DNA of 64,000 bases from Cyanobacteria bacterium P01_F01_bin.150 (GTDB lineage Bacteria > Cyanobacteriota > Cyanobacteriia > CAKZMO01), in contig JBCCYL010000005.1 of NCBI GenBank assembly GCA_039189765.1, positions 32,001 to 96,000 of the forward strand, in the 5' to 3' direction. How positions within the stretch are numbered: position 1 is the stretch's first letter; each line of letters starts with the position of its first letter. Made by a program: the position numbers and the translations under genes. Below the pieces are notes generated by a model that was not told where the DNA came from, did not search any database, and saw nothing but the letters and a program-made list of their open reading frames with translations. This document shows positions 40,701 through 50,977 of this stretch, in pieces.

Positions 40701-42844
40701 CCACCAGGGCCACCAGGGCCACCAGACGTATTTATCTCCCCACCAATTTCAATATCGCCTGTTGCAGGTGAAAAACGAACATTCCCTCCCGATCCTCCCG
40801 GTCCACCAGGACCACCAACTTCACCAGGGCCACCAACTCCACGAGGACCACCAACTTCACCAGGGCCACCAACTCCACCAGGACCACCAGGACCACCAGA
40901 CATATCTATCTCACCATCAATTTCGATAGCGCCTGATGTAGCTGCAAACCAAACATTTCCACCCTGTCCACCCGGTGCGCCTGGTGCGCCCAGTGCGCCC
41001 AGTGCGCCTAGCTCACCGATTCCGCCAGACCCAACAGTTCCTCCATTCGCGACCACGCGACCATTAATCAATATCGAAGCACCTGTGACTTCAATATTAA
41101 TATCGCCGCCATTACCACCAACACCACCATTCCCGTCATTCCCACCCTGAAAGCCATCACCGCCATCACCGCCATCACCGCCAAATGCAAAAATATCTCC
41201 AGTTGTAATGTTGGATAAACTGTTTAAGTTAATGCCTCCACCAGCACCACCCTTCCCCCCAGCACCTCCGGGAGACTCAAATACAAAAACCTCACTGCCA
41301 TTACCACCATTACCACCAGCACCACCAGAGGCATTAAGCCTGCTATCAATTTCAATTACACCTACCGTCGTAGTAAAATCAACAATGCCACCAGCACCAC
41401 CAGCACCACCAGCACCACCCCCATTACCACCACTACCCCCATTACCACCATTACCACCAGTAACATTCACACTGCTATTCATCAATATCGAAGCACCCAC
41501 GACTTCAATATTGCCACCAGCACCACCAGCACTACCATTACCAGCAATTCCACCAGTTCCACCAGTTCCACCAGTTCCGCCAGTAGCATTCACACTGCCA
41601 TTCATCGATATTGAAGTACCTACGACTTCAATATTGCCACCAGCACCACCAGCACCACCAGCACCACCAGCACCGAGAAGGAAGCCAATGCTACCAGTTC
41701 CACCAGTTCCACCAGTAGCATTTACACTGCCATTCATCAATATCGAAGTACCTGTGACTTGAATATCACCCCCATCACCCCCATCATCGCCAGCCTCACC
41801 AGCAGCGACATTGCCACCAGGATTACCAGAAACGTCAAGATTCTCCCCAACTACAACTATTCCAGGACTGTTTTCCAGTGTGACCAATTGAATCTCATTA
41901 CCGTTTACTTCCAAGGTCAAGTCTTCGTCGGGAATAACACCTGTGGTCAGTAAATCAGGCAGAGTAGCAGGAGTAATAGCGCCCAGCGGATTTGGCAGCT
42001 GATCACCCGCAGCCTCAATGGGAAACACCTCCAGAGACAGGGGGTTCCCCGGCATACTCAGACGAACAAATCTCTCCCCAGGTACTGCCATTAGAATAAT
42101 GTTTCCTCCTGGAGCTGTCACAGGTCCCGTACTGACCACTGTCCCACCCATCAGCGTGATGGACTGTTCCGGTCTAACTGTCAAGCCTACGTCCTCTTCA
42201 CTCTCCGGATCACCCACCAAATTCATTGCACTATTAATGACAATCCCCGGTTCTGACAACGAAAATGCAAAGCCATCAGGGTCTCCGGTCAGATCTCCAT
42301 AGGAGGGAACCTCTCCCACTACGCTAAACCAGTTATCCTCACCAAACCGAATCGCATCTGCTGTTGTTGCCGTAAAACTGCCAGGGATATCCAAACTTGC
42401 ATTGGCCCCAAACACTATCCCCGCAGGGTTCATCAAATAAAGATTAGCATCGCTATTAACACCGCTTTGGGTTACGCGAATAATCCCGTTAATAACTGAT
42501 TTTTGAATCCTTTCCCCGTTCCCGACGACTCGACTCAAAATATTCTGAATATTAGGATCAGCCAAAAAATTCGCAATCTCCCCCTCGTTCAGCCCAAATC
42601 GTTCAAAGCTATGGAACAAGTTCAGGTTCTCTCTCTCCCCTGATAGCTGTCCTCCTGTGATATTGAACTGATTTCCATCTTCTGTCACCGTTGTGCGATC
42701 GTCAGCCGATGTAATCTGTGCCTGAGCCACAGGCATTTCAACCAATATGCCGGAAACACAAAGGCATAGCAGTAGCCCCACCTGCTTGACTCGTCGCAAA
42801 GGGGGATTAGGGTAGGAAACACAATCCTGCATTGGGCGGCTCAT
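34790..42844 (-). CDS. TpsA exoprotein with Gly-rich and 73-aa repeats fused to a C-terminal CHAT protease
   Basis: [34 protein letters not shown] tracts; [33 protein letters not shown]. Confidence 0.95.
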   Translation of the reverse strand: MSRPMQDCVSYPNPPLRRVKQVGLLLCLCVSGILVEMPVAQAQITSADDRTTVTEDGNQFNITGGQLSGERENLNLFHSFERFGLNEGEIANFLADPNIQNILSRVVGNGERIQKSVINGIIRVTQSGVNSDANLYLMNPAGIVFGANASLDIPGSFTATTADAIRFGEDNWFSVVGEVPSYGDLTGDPDGFAFSLSEPGIVINSAMNLVGDPESEEDVGLTVRPEQSITLMGGTVVSTGPVTAPGGNIILMAVPGERFVRLSMPGNPLSLEVFPIEAAGDQLPNPLGAITPATLPDLLTTGVIPDEDLTLEVNGNEIQLVTLENSPGIVVVGENLDVSGNPGGNVAAGEAGDDGGDGGDIQVTGTSILMNGSVNATGGTGGTGSIGFLLGAGGAGGAGGAGGNIEVVGTSISMNGSVNATGGTGGTGGTGGIAGNGSAGGAGGNIEVVGASILMNSSVNVTGGNGGNGGSGGNGGGAGGAGGAGGIVDFTTTVGVIEIDSRLNASGGAGGNGGNGSEVFVFESPGGAGGKGGAGGGINLNSLSNITTGDIFAFGGDGGDGGDGFQGGNDGNGGVGGNGGDINIEVTGASILINGRVVANGGTVGSGGIGELGALGALGAPGAPGGQGGNVWFAATSGAIEIDGEIDMSGGPGGPGGVGGPGEVGGPRGVGGPGEVGGPGGPGGSGGNVRFSPATGDIEIGGEINTSGGPGGPGGPGGPGGPGGPGDEFLAGGPGGPGSPGGPGGPGGPGGVLELISDGNLIVDNLISDGGDGGPGGDGGIGGDGGVANAGLGNGGDGGAGGNGGVGGNGGVIDLDSSRGITTGNIFTFGGVGGNGGNGGNGSDFGVEVGNGGSGGVGGNGGNGTNTPGEINVRIISDSGNVQTGTIQTNSSNFIDNAGDGGLPGGAPPDQAPDPDLRSVAGIAGLQSGAVTIEAAGSIEVQSIDTSASSNRQAFGGDITLTTEGPITVNDIVDSSATITPSVLAPDEPEPDPIVRSGQVSIEANDTVTVGDVNATANFDNPDNIAGLDPTIDGGVVELTGPANTLNGDIETTNAAITISGPVTVTNDITVRSNGNGGVITFGDEINAPLGEPNTYTLTLDSGDSLITLNGIGTIATLDEFVIESGGPVQLSGEFIFSEEQTFDNPLTLGADTSISAEESLILNNPLTTDIYNLSLSADEIDLGDAVTSNGSDLALQPFSPTQGIAFGEADTGIDDPNALNLTAEEIDQLDGFNRLTIGRAGGSEPIVVSDNIDLSATTSDLTLQGDTVSFDNTLTLGEGSSVTLNTGGVTSGTNDTDIDVGSTGLVTINSSGSVGTADNPLITTTGTVAVEAVIGDLQLENTIGLELEEANVSGDVGITTTTGNITDTGPITVGGDSTFTTTEANADIQLAQLNVSGTISTNTTGNNADVQITNANDLTFGSSTVGGDLTATATTGNITDSDTVTVGGNSTFTTTETNADIQLDQLNTTGTISTNTTGNNGDVQITNSNDLTLGTSTVGGDLTATATTGSITDSDTVTVGGDSTFTTTEPNADIQLDQFNIAGTISTNTTGNNADVQITNANAINFGPSTVGGDLTATATTGSITDSDALTVGGDGTFTTAETNADIQLDQLNTSGAISTNTTGDNGDVQITNANDLTLGASNVEGDLTATATTGGITDSDTVTVGGDSTFTTTETNADIQLDQLNASGTISTNTTGNNADVQITNVNAINFGSSSVGGDLTATATTGSITDSDIVTVGGDSTFTTTEPNADIQLDQLNVSGTISANATGNNGDVQITNANGITFGSSSVDGDLTATATTGDITDSDTVTVEGDSTFTTAETNADIQLDQLNTDGAISINTTGDGNGQITNAADLTLGPSSVSGDLTATATTGSITDSDTVTVGGNSTFTTAKTNAGIQLDQLNAFGTVSTNTTGNDADVQITNATDLIFGLSTVGGDLTVTATAGNITDNDVVTVGGNSTFITAAPDADIALDQTTATGTISLNTTGDNGNATLTADIATLGQSLVGGTFTATTNGNLTVSGDINAGAIALTSQNQNIQAENSTLNTSSVAGPGGPVSLISNGIVTVNDIITEGTDGGDVTIQAITSITTGAIDTESLAGQGGDVFLDPENDIEVEFIDARGTAGGGTVDITTERFFRATGIIPGTQTARNPSGNSIATTGGANGTGDSVTIRHGGDSDIPFIVGDAGVNGTAGGIATGEASLDFREYPFTYTENPNIQLISVPEPPGPPEPPPNPPIPPIQTEGLCAPIDTGVADIDEKYTREFEEYLGQSSGVGGQSLVDTCDALGEIADISGIRPAVIYANFVPVEFNVDITTNADNESVVSVDEEGLGDELELVLVTPDGQPVRYRVPGATRENVLAVVDTFHAKIKDQIDVRRGRLSFLPAAQQLYEWLITPLQADLDAEAVENLVFIADEGLRSLPFAALHDGEQYLIEQYSTGLMPSLSLTDTRLVDLQDAQVLAMGASTFPGDDKLSDLQSAPVEVSVLTDSLWQGNSFLNEDFTREKLIEERQANPYGIVHLSTHGDFRAGDVENSFIQLWDEKLGLDEVRELGWNDPPVKLLVLSACRTAVGDREAELGFAGLAAQAGVKSAMASLWYVDDAGTLALMAEFYRQLNQAELKAEALRLTQIAMLRGDVSYGEGRLSLPGLELDIPSELSESIGDPNLSHPFYWSAFTMIGNPW
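36870..38770 (-). repeat. About 9 tandem 219-bp (73-aa) coding repeats
   Basis: ADIQLDQL landmark recurs every 219 bp (one unit 216 bp). Confidence 0.9.
40240..41800 (-). repeat. Gly-rich low-complexity coding tracts (PGRS-like GGxGGx and GPGGPG)
   Basis: 9-bp units ccagggcca / ccagcacca / ccattacca on the + strand. Confidence 0.9.
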
Positions 42845-42949
42845 GGCTTAAACTCCTAAAATAGATGAACACTCTGTCGATTAATAGATATCAATAAATT
42901 AGGGCTATTTGGGGCATCGTTCCCCTGAACTTCCAAATAGGTTTTGGTT

Positions 42950-43978
42950 TTATGGTGAGGGTTCCAACTGAGATGGCTCTGATTGCGAGAGGGAACAGCA
43001 ATTGGCGATCGCCCCCACCTCCACATCACTTAACTCCACAGCCCCCAACAATTCCGTCCAGGTATCCCGTAACAACTCATTACCTGGCTCCTGCCGCAGT
43101 CCATCGCCTACCAGCGTCAACGCCTCAAACCAAATCCCATTGTTTACAAAAGCCACCGCTTGGTCATAGGGACCCGCAGCCCCCTGCAAAGCAGTCTCCA
43201 ACGTGTCACTCCGTTCAACACGAGTCACACTAAACTCCAGAATCGAACTTAAATCTGGCGCATCTGGGCCACACTGAGCTTCCAAAATAACCGTGTAGCT
43301 CTGGCCGGTAACCAACCCCGGCCCCGAAGGTGGCAGCGTAATCCCAATGGCCCCCGGCACATCGCTGGTTAACTCCACAGGTGTTCGATCATACAAATCA
43401 TCCCCACCATCCGCCCATAGGACAAACTGAAGCGCATGGACAGCATTCATCTCAAATGGAACATGAAACCACAGGGTTGGATATTCCTCCGTTGTTTTCG
43501 CCTGCCCTCGAAACTCTGGCACAAGCGCAACCAGCGCATCCTCGCCAAACGCTTCCCCCGGTGTGCCGTCACACGGGCCTCTGCTCCCCGCATTAGCTCT
43601 ACGTTTAGGACGACCACCTCCACCATCCGGGATATCAAATTTATTACCGATCAGCCCCTGTTGAGCCGCCCTTACAGGCATCCAGACTCCCACGGCGGAC
43701 GTGCCAACCAACAGTCCAGCCAACCCTAAAACCTGACAGGCTCTAATCACAACCTGTGACTGTTTGCCTCTGGTTCCCAGCCGGAGACTGGGAACCACTC
43801 CTGGAGACTCTGGCTCCAGGCTGATCCAGAGCCAGAGTCTCTGGATGGCATTCCCAGCAGGACGCTGGGAACGATAAACAGGCTGTGACTGCTTATTAAA
43901 ATTAGACTTATTAAAATTAGACTTATTAAAATCACGCTTATTAAAATCGCTCAAAAACTGACGGGGCATATGATTCAA
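42950..43978 (-). CDS. DUF928 domain protein (exported)
   Basis: G.P..R..AGSRG.C; LVALVP; T....PTLWF.VP; V.RV; NGIWFEAL; W..LL..V.L; AIANCC; hydrophobic signal region. Confidence 0.9.
   Translation of the reverse strand: MNHMPRQFLSDFNKRDFNKSNFNKSNFNKQSQPVYRSQRPAGNAIQRLWLWISLEPESPGVVPSLRLGTRGKQSQVVIRACQVLGLAGLLVGTSAVGVWMPVRAAQQGLIGNKFDIPDGGGGRPKRRANAGSRGPCDGTPGEAFGEDALVALVPEFRGQAKTTEEYPTLWFHVPFEMNAVHALQFVLWADGGDDLYDRTPVELTSDVPGAIGITLPPSGPGLVTGQSYTVILEAQCGPDAPDLSSILEFSVTRVERSDTLETALQGAAGPYDQAVAFVNNGIWFEALTLVGDGLRQEPGNELLRDTWTELLGAVELSDVEVGAIANCCSLSQSEPSQLEPSP
43767..43874. repeat. 108-bp palindromic REP/MITE-like element, copy 2 (in frame within DUF928 ORF)
   Basis: Same three-hairpin structure and length as 12793-12900. 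Confidence 0.9.
43892..43948. repeat. 15-bp tandem repeat x4 (encodes FNKSN/FNKRD)
   Basis: CTTATTAAAAT at 43892, 43907, 43922, 43937. Confidence 0.85.
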
Positions 43979-44108
43979 TCCTTTTTACTTCAATACACTT
44001 AATAACGGCAATATTTAAACTTAGAGACCACTTTTAAACAAGATGTTTAAACACAAAACGCTCAAACACTTGATTATCTGAAACCGCCATAGCGTAGACT
44101 ACTGGCCC

Positions 44109-46544
44109 TTACAAACGGCCAGAAGACCGCTGTTTTAACCGAGACGGAATATCGTCCGGCAAGGCTTTCAGAGAAGCGATCGCCCCAGACGAAACCAGCA
44201 AACCAATGCTCGGGGGAAGCAAGGAAACCCATACTCCGCTCAACACTAAAGCCACATAACAAAAAACATACAACACAACGACACTAATTCCATCTATCAG
44301 CAAAATAAGCTGCCATCGAGACAACTGCCATGCCGTTGCTGCACCTAGTAGAGACCACCCCATCAGCCAACATACCTCCCCCCATCGCGGCCACCACCAA
44401 ATTAAAGGACGCCCATCCAATACTGCACTAATCAGTTGGCTGATCATATGGGCCTGAAGTTCGACACCAGGGATCTCATGCAAATCACCACGGTGGGGAA
44501 TATCGTGAAAGTCATTGTATGATTCGGCGACTGTGCCAATCAAAACAATATTGCCATTGACGAGCTCGGGATTCTTTCGAAATGCCTCTCCCTCCAATGC
44601 CTCTGCCAACGTTAAACGCGGAGCAATACTCTCCGTTCTTCGGTAGTTCAACATGGTTTGATAGCCATCATCATCCGCTGTCTGATAGGCCCCATAATGA
44701 TTCCTCAGAGTGGGTAGTTTGACCCCTCCTAAATAAAAAGAATCGTTCTTTTCATTCAAGTTCACTCGAAAATTCCCTGGGTCAAGCCCACTCAAATAAT
44801 ACGCAGCCATTAAGAATGCAAAAGAATTAGTCGCTTGACACCTGGAGGATGTATTTGCCCCCATTTGAAATAACTGACGTCGGATCACATTATCCAAATC
44901 AAGCACAATATCGCTAAATCCCACCCGTAGCCGAATTTGCTCACCAGAAATTTCAGGGGGAGGAGCTATATCTGATTCTGATTCTAAAGACGTTGATTCA
45001 CCGACCCCGCAAATCGTCACAAACTGATCATTTGCGTTGAGATAATTGGATAAAGTCGGATGGCGCTCTGGCGAAGCGGTCTCCAATCTATAGATATCCA
45101 CACCCACCACAGCTGGTTCATAGGGCGCTAATGTTTCCAGTAACTGATTGAGAGCATCATTTGAAAGGGAGCCACGAAACGTTAAGCGCTCTTCTTGGTC
45201 CTGTACATCAGCCTCCGTCACTGTAACCAGCAAAAGCCGAGGATCAACCCCCTCTGTTTGGGGACGACGTTGCATCAATTGATCAAATACCGTCAATTCG
45301 CTTTGTTCCAACACTCCTAAATGCTGTACCACCAACGTCAAGGATGCCACCACGATTCCCGTCATCATCATCATCAAACCACTGACTGCTAGCCGTGACG
45401 GTTGAGAAGGCAGAGGGTCTGTACTTGACGGCTTTCCCAACAGCATGTCCCAGGTCAAGGGTTCCACCGCCGGATTCTGACAAATTACCGGTAACCACGA
45501 CGCACAAGGAAACTGATCCTCCAGCCCTTGCAACCTTGACCGTGCCTCCCGCACCGCCAAATAAAATGACTCCCCCCGAGCAAATAACGTTAGAAACGAC
45601 TTCAAAAACTCATGGGCCACCTGATCTGGCACCGGAGCACGCATCACAATCAATTGGGGAATATGTAAATCCGCCAAATCCTGTGCCAATCCTAAACCAT
45701 CACAGGAATTAAAAATCGCCAGCTTTAGCCCCCGAATCATTGCCGCCTTTAGGGCATTCTTTAACTGAGGAATCGTCAATCCATCCGCTGGGTTAATCTC
45801 GATCCGGCCCGTCGTCCGCTCCTGCTGGCTTTCGCTATGCCCCGCAAAAAACAACACATCCCATCCCTGGTCATCCCACAGCGCCTTATCCACAGCCTTG
45901 CGGCCAGGCTCCACCAGAAAGTGAATCTCAGCCCTGGGGAACTGCTCTAACAATCGCCGATCTTCCTCCAGATTAATTCCTTGGCTATTGCCCAAAATCG
46001 CTAAAATCCGCATCCGCTTCTTGGGTCGCAGTAGCGCCGTTGGCACCCGTTCAAAATCCTGTGTGCCCAAAGCCACCTCTGTGCGGGGAAAATCATCTAA
46101 AAAATGCCACAATTGCCACGGAAACTGCCGTAGAGTTTCATCATCCACCTCAATTATCATCTGCACGGTATGGTCCGGTTGCAGCTTATTTCGCAACCGC
46201 CGATCAATCCGGCTAAACAATTCAGAATCCAACCAAGCATTAATATCTCGTTCCAGTTGAGCACATAGGGTATTGAATTCACCCGCCGACACCGTTGTAA
46301 TCTCGTCTTCTGGATCAATCTCAAGCCCCATCCGGGTCCGTCGCCAGTGTAAACGGGACGCCAATGCATCGTAATACGATCGCCACTGCTGAAATAAAGA
46401 GGCCAGTGCTGGATTAGGCGGTAGCTCCCCAATTGCCTGAATAGGCTTTGCCTGATGCAGTTCCCAGACCTGAGCCGTAATGGACGGAAACCCTTGGTGC
46501 AAACTGCCTCGGCCTAAATTCAAAACAACACGCTGACTCATCAC
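44109..46544 (-). CDS. CHAT (HetF-like) protease domain + CHASE2 sensor, membrane protein
   Basis: N-terminal DVLFFAGHS and LAIFNSCDGLGLA, WLPVICQNP; TM; CHASE2 DPRLLLVTV.E.D, VGVDIYR, D.DNVIRR, PGVELQAHMISQL; three C-terminal TM. Confidence 0.92.
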   Translation of the reverse strand: MMSQRVVLNLGRGSLHQGFPSITAQVWELHQAKPIQAIGELPPNPALASLFQQWRSYYDALASRLHWRRTRMGLEIDPEDEITTVSAGEFNTLCAQLERDINAWLDSELFSRIDRRLRNKLQPDHTVQMIIEVDDETLRQFPWQLWHFLDDFPRTEVALGTQDFERVPTALLRPKKRMRILAILGNSQGINLEEDRRLLEQFPRAEIHFLVEPGRKAVDKALWDDQGWDVLFFAGHSESQQERTTGRIEINPADGLTIPQLKNALKAAMIRGLKLAIFNSCDGLGLAQDLADLHIPQLIVMRAPVPDQVAHEFLKSFLTLFARGESFYLAVREARSRLQGLEDQFPCASWLPVICQNPAVEPLTWDMLLGKPSSTDPLPSQPSRLAVSGLMMMMTGIVVASLTLVVQHLGVLEQSELTVFDQLMQRRPQTEGVDPRLLLVTVTEADVQDQEERLTFRGSLSNDALNQLLETLAPYEPAVVGVDIYRLETASPERHPTLSNYLNANDQFVTICGVGESTSLESESDIAPPPEISGEQIRLRVGFSDIVLDLDNVIRRQLFQMGANTSSRCQATNSFAFLMAAYYLSGLDPGNFRVNLNEKNDSFYLGGVKLPTLRNHYGAYQTADDDGYQTMLNYRRTESIAPRLTLAEALEGEAFRKNPELVNGNIVLIGTVAESYNDFHDIPHRGDLHEIPGVELQAHMISQLISAVLDGRPLIWWWPRWGEVCWLMGWSLLGAATAWQLSRWQLILLIDGISVVVLYVFCYVALVLSGVWVSLLPPSIGLLVSSGAIASLKALPDDIPSRLKQRSSGRL

Positions 46545-46547
46545 ACC

Positions 46548-47750
46548 TTAAACCACAAAATCTGCTATGAAACTGGCTTCGGCTAAGGTGACAGAGAGGC
46601 TAAATTGACTGCCCGAGGTCCCCCTAAAGGTTCTAAGCTGGATAAAATACGCATCACTCACATCCGCCTGGGCTGACTGTAACGGTGATGCGTCGTCATC
46701 TAGCAACGTCACTGCAATTCCTTCCGGTAAATACTCATCCGGCGGCATCGGGTATAGCTGAACCCGCACCGCCACCTTGTTATCGTCCGTAGGCGTCAAC
46801 TCCAAACAGAGCCTCAACTGTTTTGCCTCTCCGGAGGCTATATCCAAACTGACCTGCTTACACCGTTGAACCAAATCAGGATTTTGGGCCGATCCATCGC
46901 GCTGGGCCACCGCCCCTTCATACTGTCCCGCTGCGGCCAAATCAGTAAGCGATCGCCACCCCGCCTCTGCCACATCCTGGAACCACTGACTTAAATTCAC
47001 CAATGGTCGAACCGTTGCACTGGACTGTTCCGCTGCTGGATTCTGGCGCAATTGAGAGAGGCGATCGCGCCATTGCGGATTCTCCAACAACGCCCCCCAC
47101 AACGAAAATGGAATGGCCAAACGGGGAAACGCAAGATTAGGATTGCTCAGCCGCTGCAACAAATTCTGTGCTTGGATATCTGGAAGAAGGGGCAGTGGAG
47201 CGATCGCAGCCTGGGTCACAGCGTCCCCACAGGTTTCTAGCGTCACCTCAAAACTATTTAAGCTCGTATCCAAATCGGCTTGGTCCAAGGTATAGAAGCG
47301 GGCAACCGGATCATATATCCCCTCTTGCTTCACCTGGGCATGGGTTGTGAACCCCCATACTCGCACCCACGACTCATCGGGGTTCACCTGAACCGCTAAA
47401 TAATAATCCACCAGCCAAGACGGAATATCCACCCACTCTTGGGGAACTTCTAACCCATCCATCGCCTCAGACGGCAGCAAAACCAACCGTTTATCCCCCA
47501 TCTCCAACGCCGTCCCACTGGTCAATGCCCAAATGCTGTTTGGCTGCGACAATATCGTAGTAATGCTTGTATCAGATCCTTCCTGTAACCAGGGCAGAAC
47601 CGTATTAAGACATAGCTCATTTAAATAGATTAGCAGGGACAGTGGTAACGCCGCTGTTGCCAGTCCTTGGCTACGACTCCACGCCTGCTCTTTTATAGAA
47701 TTACTAATCTCCAGCCACCATTCCTGTGGCTCCGCCATCATATAGTCCAT
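46548..47750 (-). CDS. DUF1822 family protein
   Basis: YLNELCL...LPWL, RLVLLPSE, VPQEWVDIPSW..DYYLAVQV, VWGFTTH, VNLSQWF....EAGW, YLPEG...LLD. Confidence 0.92.
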   Translation of the reverse strand: MDYMMAEPQEWWLEISNSIKEQAWSRSQGLATAALPLSLLIYLNELCLNTVLPWLQEGSDTSITTILSQPNSIWALTSGTALEMGDKRLVLLPSEAMDGLEVPQEWVDIPSWLVDYYLAVQVNPDESWVRVWGFTTHAQVKQEGIYDPVARFYTLDQADLDTSLNSFEVTLETCGDAVTQAAIAPLPLLPDIQAQNLLQRLSNPNLAFPRLAIPFSLWGALLENPQWRDRLSQLRQNPAAEQSSATVRPLVNLSQWFQDVAEAGWRSLTDLAAAGQYEGAVAQRDGSAQNPDLVQRCKQVSLDIASGEAKQLRLCLELTPTDDNKVAVRVQLYPMPPDEYLPEGIAVTLLDDDASPLQSAQADVSDAYFIQLRTFRGTSGSQFSLSVTLAEASFIADFVV

Positions 47751-47786
47751 TGTCTGTAGCCTTTATCCATAGTGGGAAATTTATCG

Positions 47787-48986
47787 TTAATCCGCAGAAT
47801 CTATTGCCCCATAGTGAAATCTGAGCCAATCTTCCAATACGGAGTCCATATCTTTCACTAGGTTGGACTCAACAGCAATATGCAGGGCCTCCTCCGCCCA
47901 AATCACTAATTCTTTCAACAGTTTTTTCCGCACCCTCGACAATTGGCGAGAGACTTTGTACTGAGGAATGTCTAGCTGCTGCGCCATGTCCTTCTGCTTC
48001 AGATTCTGACGGTAGCACAGGTCCAATAGGGTTTGCTCTGACTCTGCTAGCTGCTCTAACAACGACGTTAATTGCCCCATTAACTGTGATGTGCGCGATC
48101 GCCATTCATCCATCTCTTCCTGGGCAACAATCTCAGACAGGAGCGATTCATCCTCTGTCCCCACCAAATTATCTAGCCATTCCCCGGACTCTTGATTGGG
48201 CCGACTAGTATTCAAAGACATAATGGGCGGATAGAGATATCTACGGGCCTCTTCTGCACAGGTTTTCATCCATTGTCTAATCGTATCTGGGGTAGCAACA
48301 GTGCTAGACGGGTCGAGCTGGTTTAGGCGTTCCGTATTGTATAGGTGGGCGATCGCCTCCCACTGTTTCTGATCCGGCTCCGGCAATTTCTTATTGCCCA
48401 CTTGTGCCGTTACGTAAAGAGCCTGAAAGCAACTCCATGCCAATTGATATTCATCAATTGTTTGAGGGGATTCCCCCGCAGTCTCTAAAACATCTTTGAC
48501 CCGCTTTCGAGTCAGCTTTCGCAACAAGGCCCAATCCGTACACAAATCAGCCTGTTGGTGACGACGCAGGTGATCTCGAATGCGAGTAAAAAAGGCAAGT
48601 TGCGCAAATCCTTTGAGCCTAGCCCCCTTATCCATCTGAAAGCTCTTAAGAATCTCCGGTGCCTCAGCAATACCCAACTGAAAATAATCGGAGAACCCAT
48701 ATTGAGTATTCCTTACATGGGAGGAAATTTTTTGGGCCGCATAGAAACAAGGCTCTTGCAAATAGGCAAATAAGTGTTCCTTTGCCCGTTCAAGTTTTTT
48801 CTCATTGAATAATTGCAACCAGTACAAACCCCAAACATGCTCGGAATCTGAGGCCTTCTTTATTGCCGATAGGCGATTAGACATGCTCTTCTGTAGCCGA
48901 GGATCTGATAACCATCGGCCAAAGCGATCGGCCTCCAATTGGATAAAAGTAGAAAAGAGTTCAACTAGCTCCTGGCGATTCCGCAC
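47787..48986 (-). CDS. Divergent sigma-70 family RNA polymerase sigma factor
   Basis: R..L.E.FSTF, HLFAYLQE.C, SLN, region-4-like L.Y.Q.L.Q..MA.QL.I.QY.VSR.L. Confidence 0.85.
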   Translation of the reverse strand: MRNRQELVELFSTFIQLEADRFGRWLSDPRLQKSMSNRLSAIKKASDSEHVWGLYWLQLFNEKKLERAKEHLFAYLQEPCFYAAQKISSHVRNTQYGFSDYFQLGIAEAPEILKSFQMDKGARLKGFAQLAFFTRIRDHLRRHQQADLCTDWALLRKLTRKRVKDVLETAGESPQTIDEYQLAWSCFQALYVTAQVGNKKLPEPDQKQWEAIAHLYNTERLNQLDPSSTVATPDTIRQWMKTCAEEARRYLYPPIMSLNTSRPNQESGEWLDNLVGTEDESLLSEIVAQEEMDEWRSRTSQLMGQLTSLLEQLAESEQTLLDLCYRQNLKQKDMAQQLDIPQYKVSRQLSRVRKKLLKELVIWAEEALHIAVESNLVKDMDSVLEDWLRFHYGAIDSAD

Positions 48987-49138
48987 GGCTGCTACCTACT
49001 TGCAAATGGGGGGTGAGCAATCAAATCAAATATGCTAAGCCATAGTACAACAATGGAGTGCTCGTCCCTGACTGAAGCAATAAAATCCTTAGAATTGCCG
49101 CAACTGTAATACCTGTGATGTAGTTGGAGGCGATCGCC

Positions 49139-49738
49139 CTAAACCATAATAAAACTCTTGAGAATCCCTAAAATTTGGCTAGGATTACTGATGAAATACT
49201 CAGTTATATCTAGCTCCACGCTTGTGCCTACTAATCTCATAAATTTCCAGTTTGTTCCAGTTGTTACACTACCATAAATAACTGGAATATTATTATTACT
49301 TTTTTGATTAAATAACTGCGCAGCATACATTTCTGCAATGCACTGCCCTAGTTCAGACTGGATATTATCATTTTTAGCTTCCACAACAACAGCAACAGGA
49401 GCCTTAATGATTAACTGTGACGCAGATTGACTAATTAAGAAGTCACAAAATCCTACCAAATCTTTTTCCGGATCTACATTAAATTCTCGACCAGAGAACA
49501 AACTGATTTGCGAATTAGACAGTTTTTTAAGTTCAATTAAGATAGGCGTCAGGATCATCTCCGATCGCGCTTTTTCTGTGGCAATTTCTAGAGCCAGTGG
49601 CAGATTATAATCAAGAATTTGCTGTAATAATGGGCTAATTTCTTCTGCTTCAGCTTGAGAGAATATATTTTGGCTTTCTTTTATCGTTAAACCGAGTTTG
49701 GCCTCAATATCTTCTAGCTTAAATTTACTGTAAGACAT
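49139..49738 (-). CDS. Cyanobacterial PD-(D/E)xK-like (HsdR N-terminal-like) protein, paralogue 1
   Basis: EKARSE.I..P.L; G.CDFL; VEAK; GQC.AEM.AAQ.FN; YG.VTTG..W.F. Confidence 0.8.
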   Translation of the reverse strand: MSYSKFKLEDIEAKLGLTIKESQNIFSQAEAEEISPLLQQILDYNLPLALEIATEKARSEMILTPILIELKKLSNSQISLFSGREFNVDPEKDLVGFCDFLISQSASQLIIKAPVAVVVEAKNDNIQSELGQCIAEMYAAQLFNQKSNNNIPVIYGSVTTGTNWKFMRLVGTSVELDITEYFISNPSQILGILKSFIMV

Positions 49739-49861
49739 AGAAATCGCCTCAAGCAGTCTCCAAAGGCATTATAGGGCAGAAGGCAGGTTGGGGGCGATCG
49801 CACTTTGGACGGGTAGTGTGGGCGTATAATCAGAATAGCGTCCTAGGCAGGAGTTTGAGTT

Positions 49862-50264
49862 ATGGTTAGCGTATTATCATCAAACGTGGATACTCGGCCT
49901 GCCGAACAGCGAGTATTAGGTTGAGGTGGATAGTACCCATACAGATATTAATAAGAATGCCCTTTATGCGACAATGGGAGTGCATGAATTTTGGCGTTAT
50001 GATGGTCGAATTTTGAGAATTTATATTGTGCAAGACGGCAACTATCAGGAAGCTGAAACAAGCCTGACGTTTCCAGATATTGCTAAAAACTTGCTTTATC
50101 AGTTTTTACAAGACTGTAATGAGCAAGGGGAGACCGTTTCTAAGCGTCAATTGCGCGATCGCCTTAATCAATCACTGATACTATCCGCCTATCCAATATC
50201 AAGTGTGAGTCTATGGCGATCGCATTATGCACCCTCTTTATTTCTTTGGAGAACGCACCATTAG
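49862..50264 (+). pseudogene. Uma2-family endonuclease with internal deletion/frameshift
   Basis: ATG 49862 after GGCAGGAG gives MVSVLSSNVDTRPAEQRVLG*; the next frame resumes at VEVDSTHTDINKNALYATMGVHEFWRYDG; middle of the protein is missing. Confidence 0.8.
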
Positions 50265-50831
50265 CCAGCTAAATAGTTCTCCAACCGTTAGGTGAACATT
50301 GGTTGCGAACGGAGGGACGGGTAACGTATCATCAGGCTGGTCAAAAACCTTCACTTGCTCCGGTGGCAAATAGACCAACACAGTTTGCTCATCGGGGTCT
50401 ATAAGCCAGCCCATTTGAGTCCCATTTTGGAGGCAATAGAGAATGTTTTTAGTGACTCGTGTTTGGCTTTGGTCAGGCGACAAAATCTCAATCGTCCAAT
50501 CTGGGTAAGTGGAGATATTGTCAGCAATTGCCCCTGTGTCATCGCAAGGAATTCTAGACCAGGTAAAGACGCAAACATCTGGAATGATTGAGCGCCCACC
50601 AAAGGTACACCGTAGTTCTGAAAAGGCCCAGGCAATTTGTTCTGGTTGCAATGCGCCATTTAGGACTGTTGGCAGTCGTGTCTGTAGGACGCTGTGCTTT
50701 CCTTTGGGCATGGGCTTTTGGAGGATAGTTCCGTTGATATATTCACTGGCAGGCTGGGTTTCTGGCAGTTGCAAAAATTCTTCTAGGGTCAGCGGTTTAG
50801 ACAGTGCTTGTACCATTTCAATCACCTGCAA
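50238..50831 (-). CDS. Uma2 family endonuclease
   Basis: LTLEEFLQLPET.PASEYI.G, ELRCTFGGRSIIPD, PDWTIEILSPDQ, GWLIDP. Confidence 0.93.
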   Translation of the reverse strand: MQVIEMVQALSKPLTLEEFLQLPETQPASEYINGTILQKPMPKGKHSVLQTRLPTVLNGALQPEQIAWAFSELRCTFGGRSIIPDVCVFTWSRIPCDDTGAIADNISTYPDWTIEILSPDQSQTRVTKNILYCLQNGTQMGWLIDPDEQTVLVYLPPEQVKVFDQPDDTLPVPPFATNVHLTVGELFSWLMVRSPKK

Positions 50832-50977
50832 GACAAATCAGTCAGCATGTTTCATTGTAAGCGATCGCCCTTATTCAAAATGAAGTGTAAGGCGTTGGTT
50901 TACTCGTGTATAGAGTACGTATCATCCCTCATTATTCTGCCATTGGACTTCTCTATTGTTCGCTCTATAGCTTAGCT

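Noticed and set aside
40248..41762. Pro-rich collagen-like ORFs on the + strand
   Set aside because: Antisense shadows of the Gly-rich tracts of TpsA::CHAT
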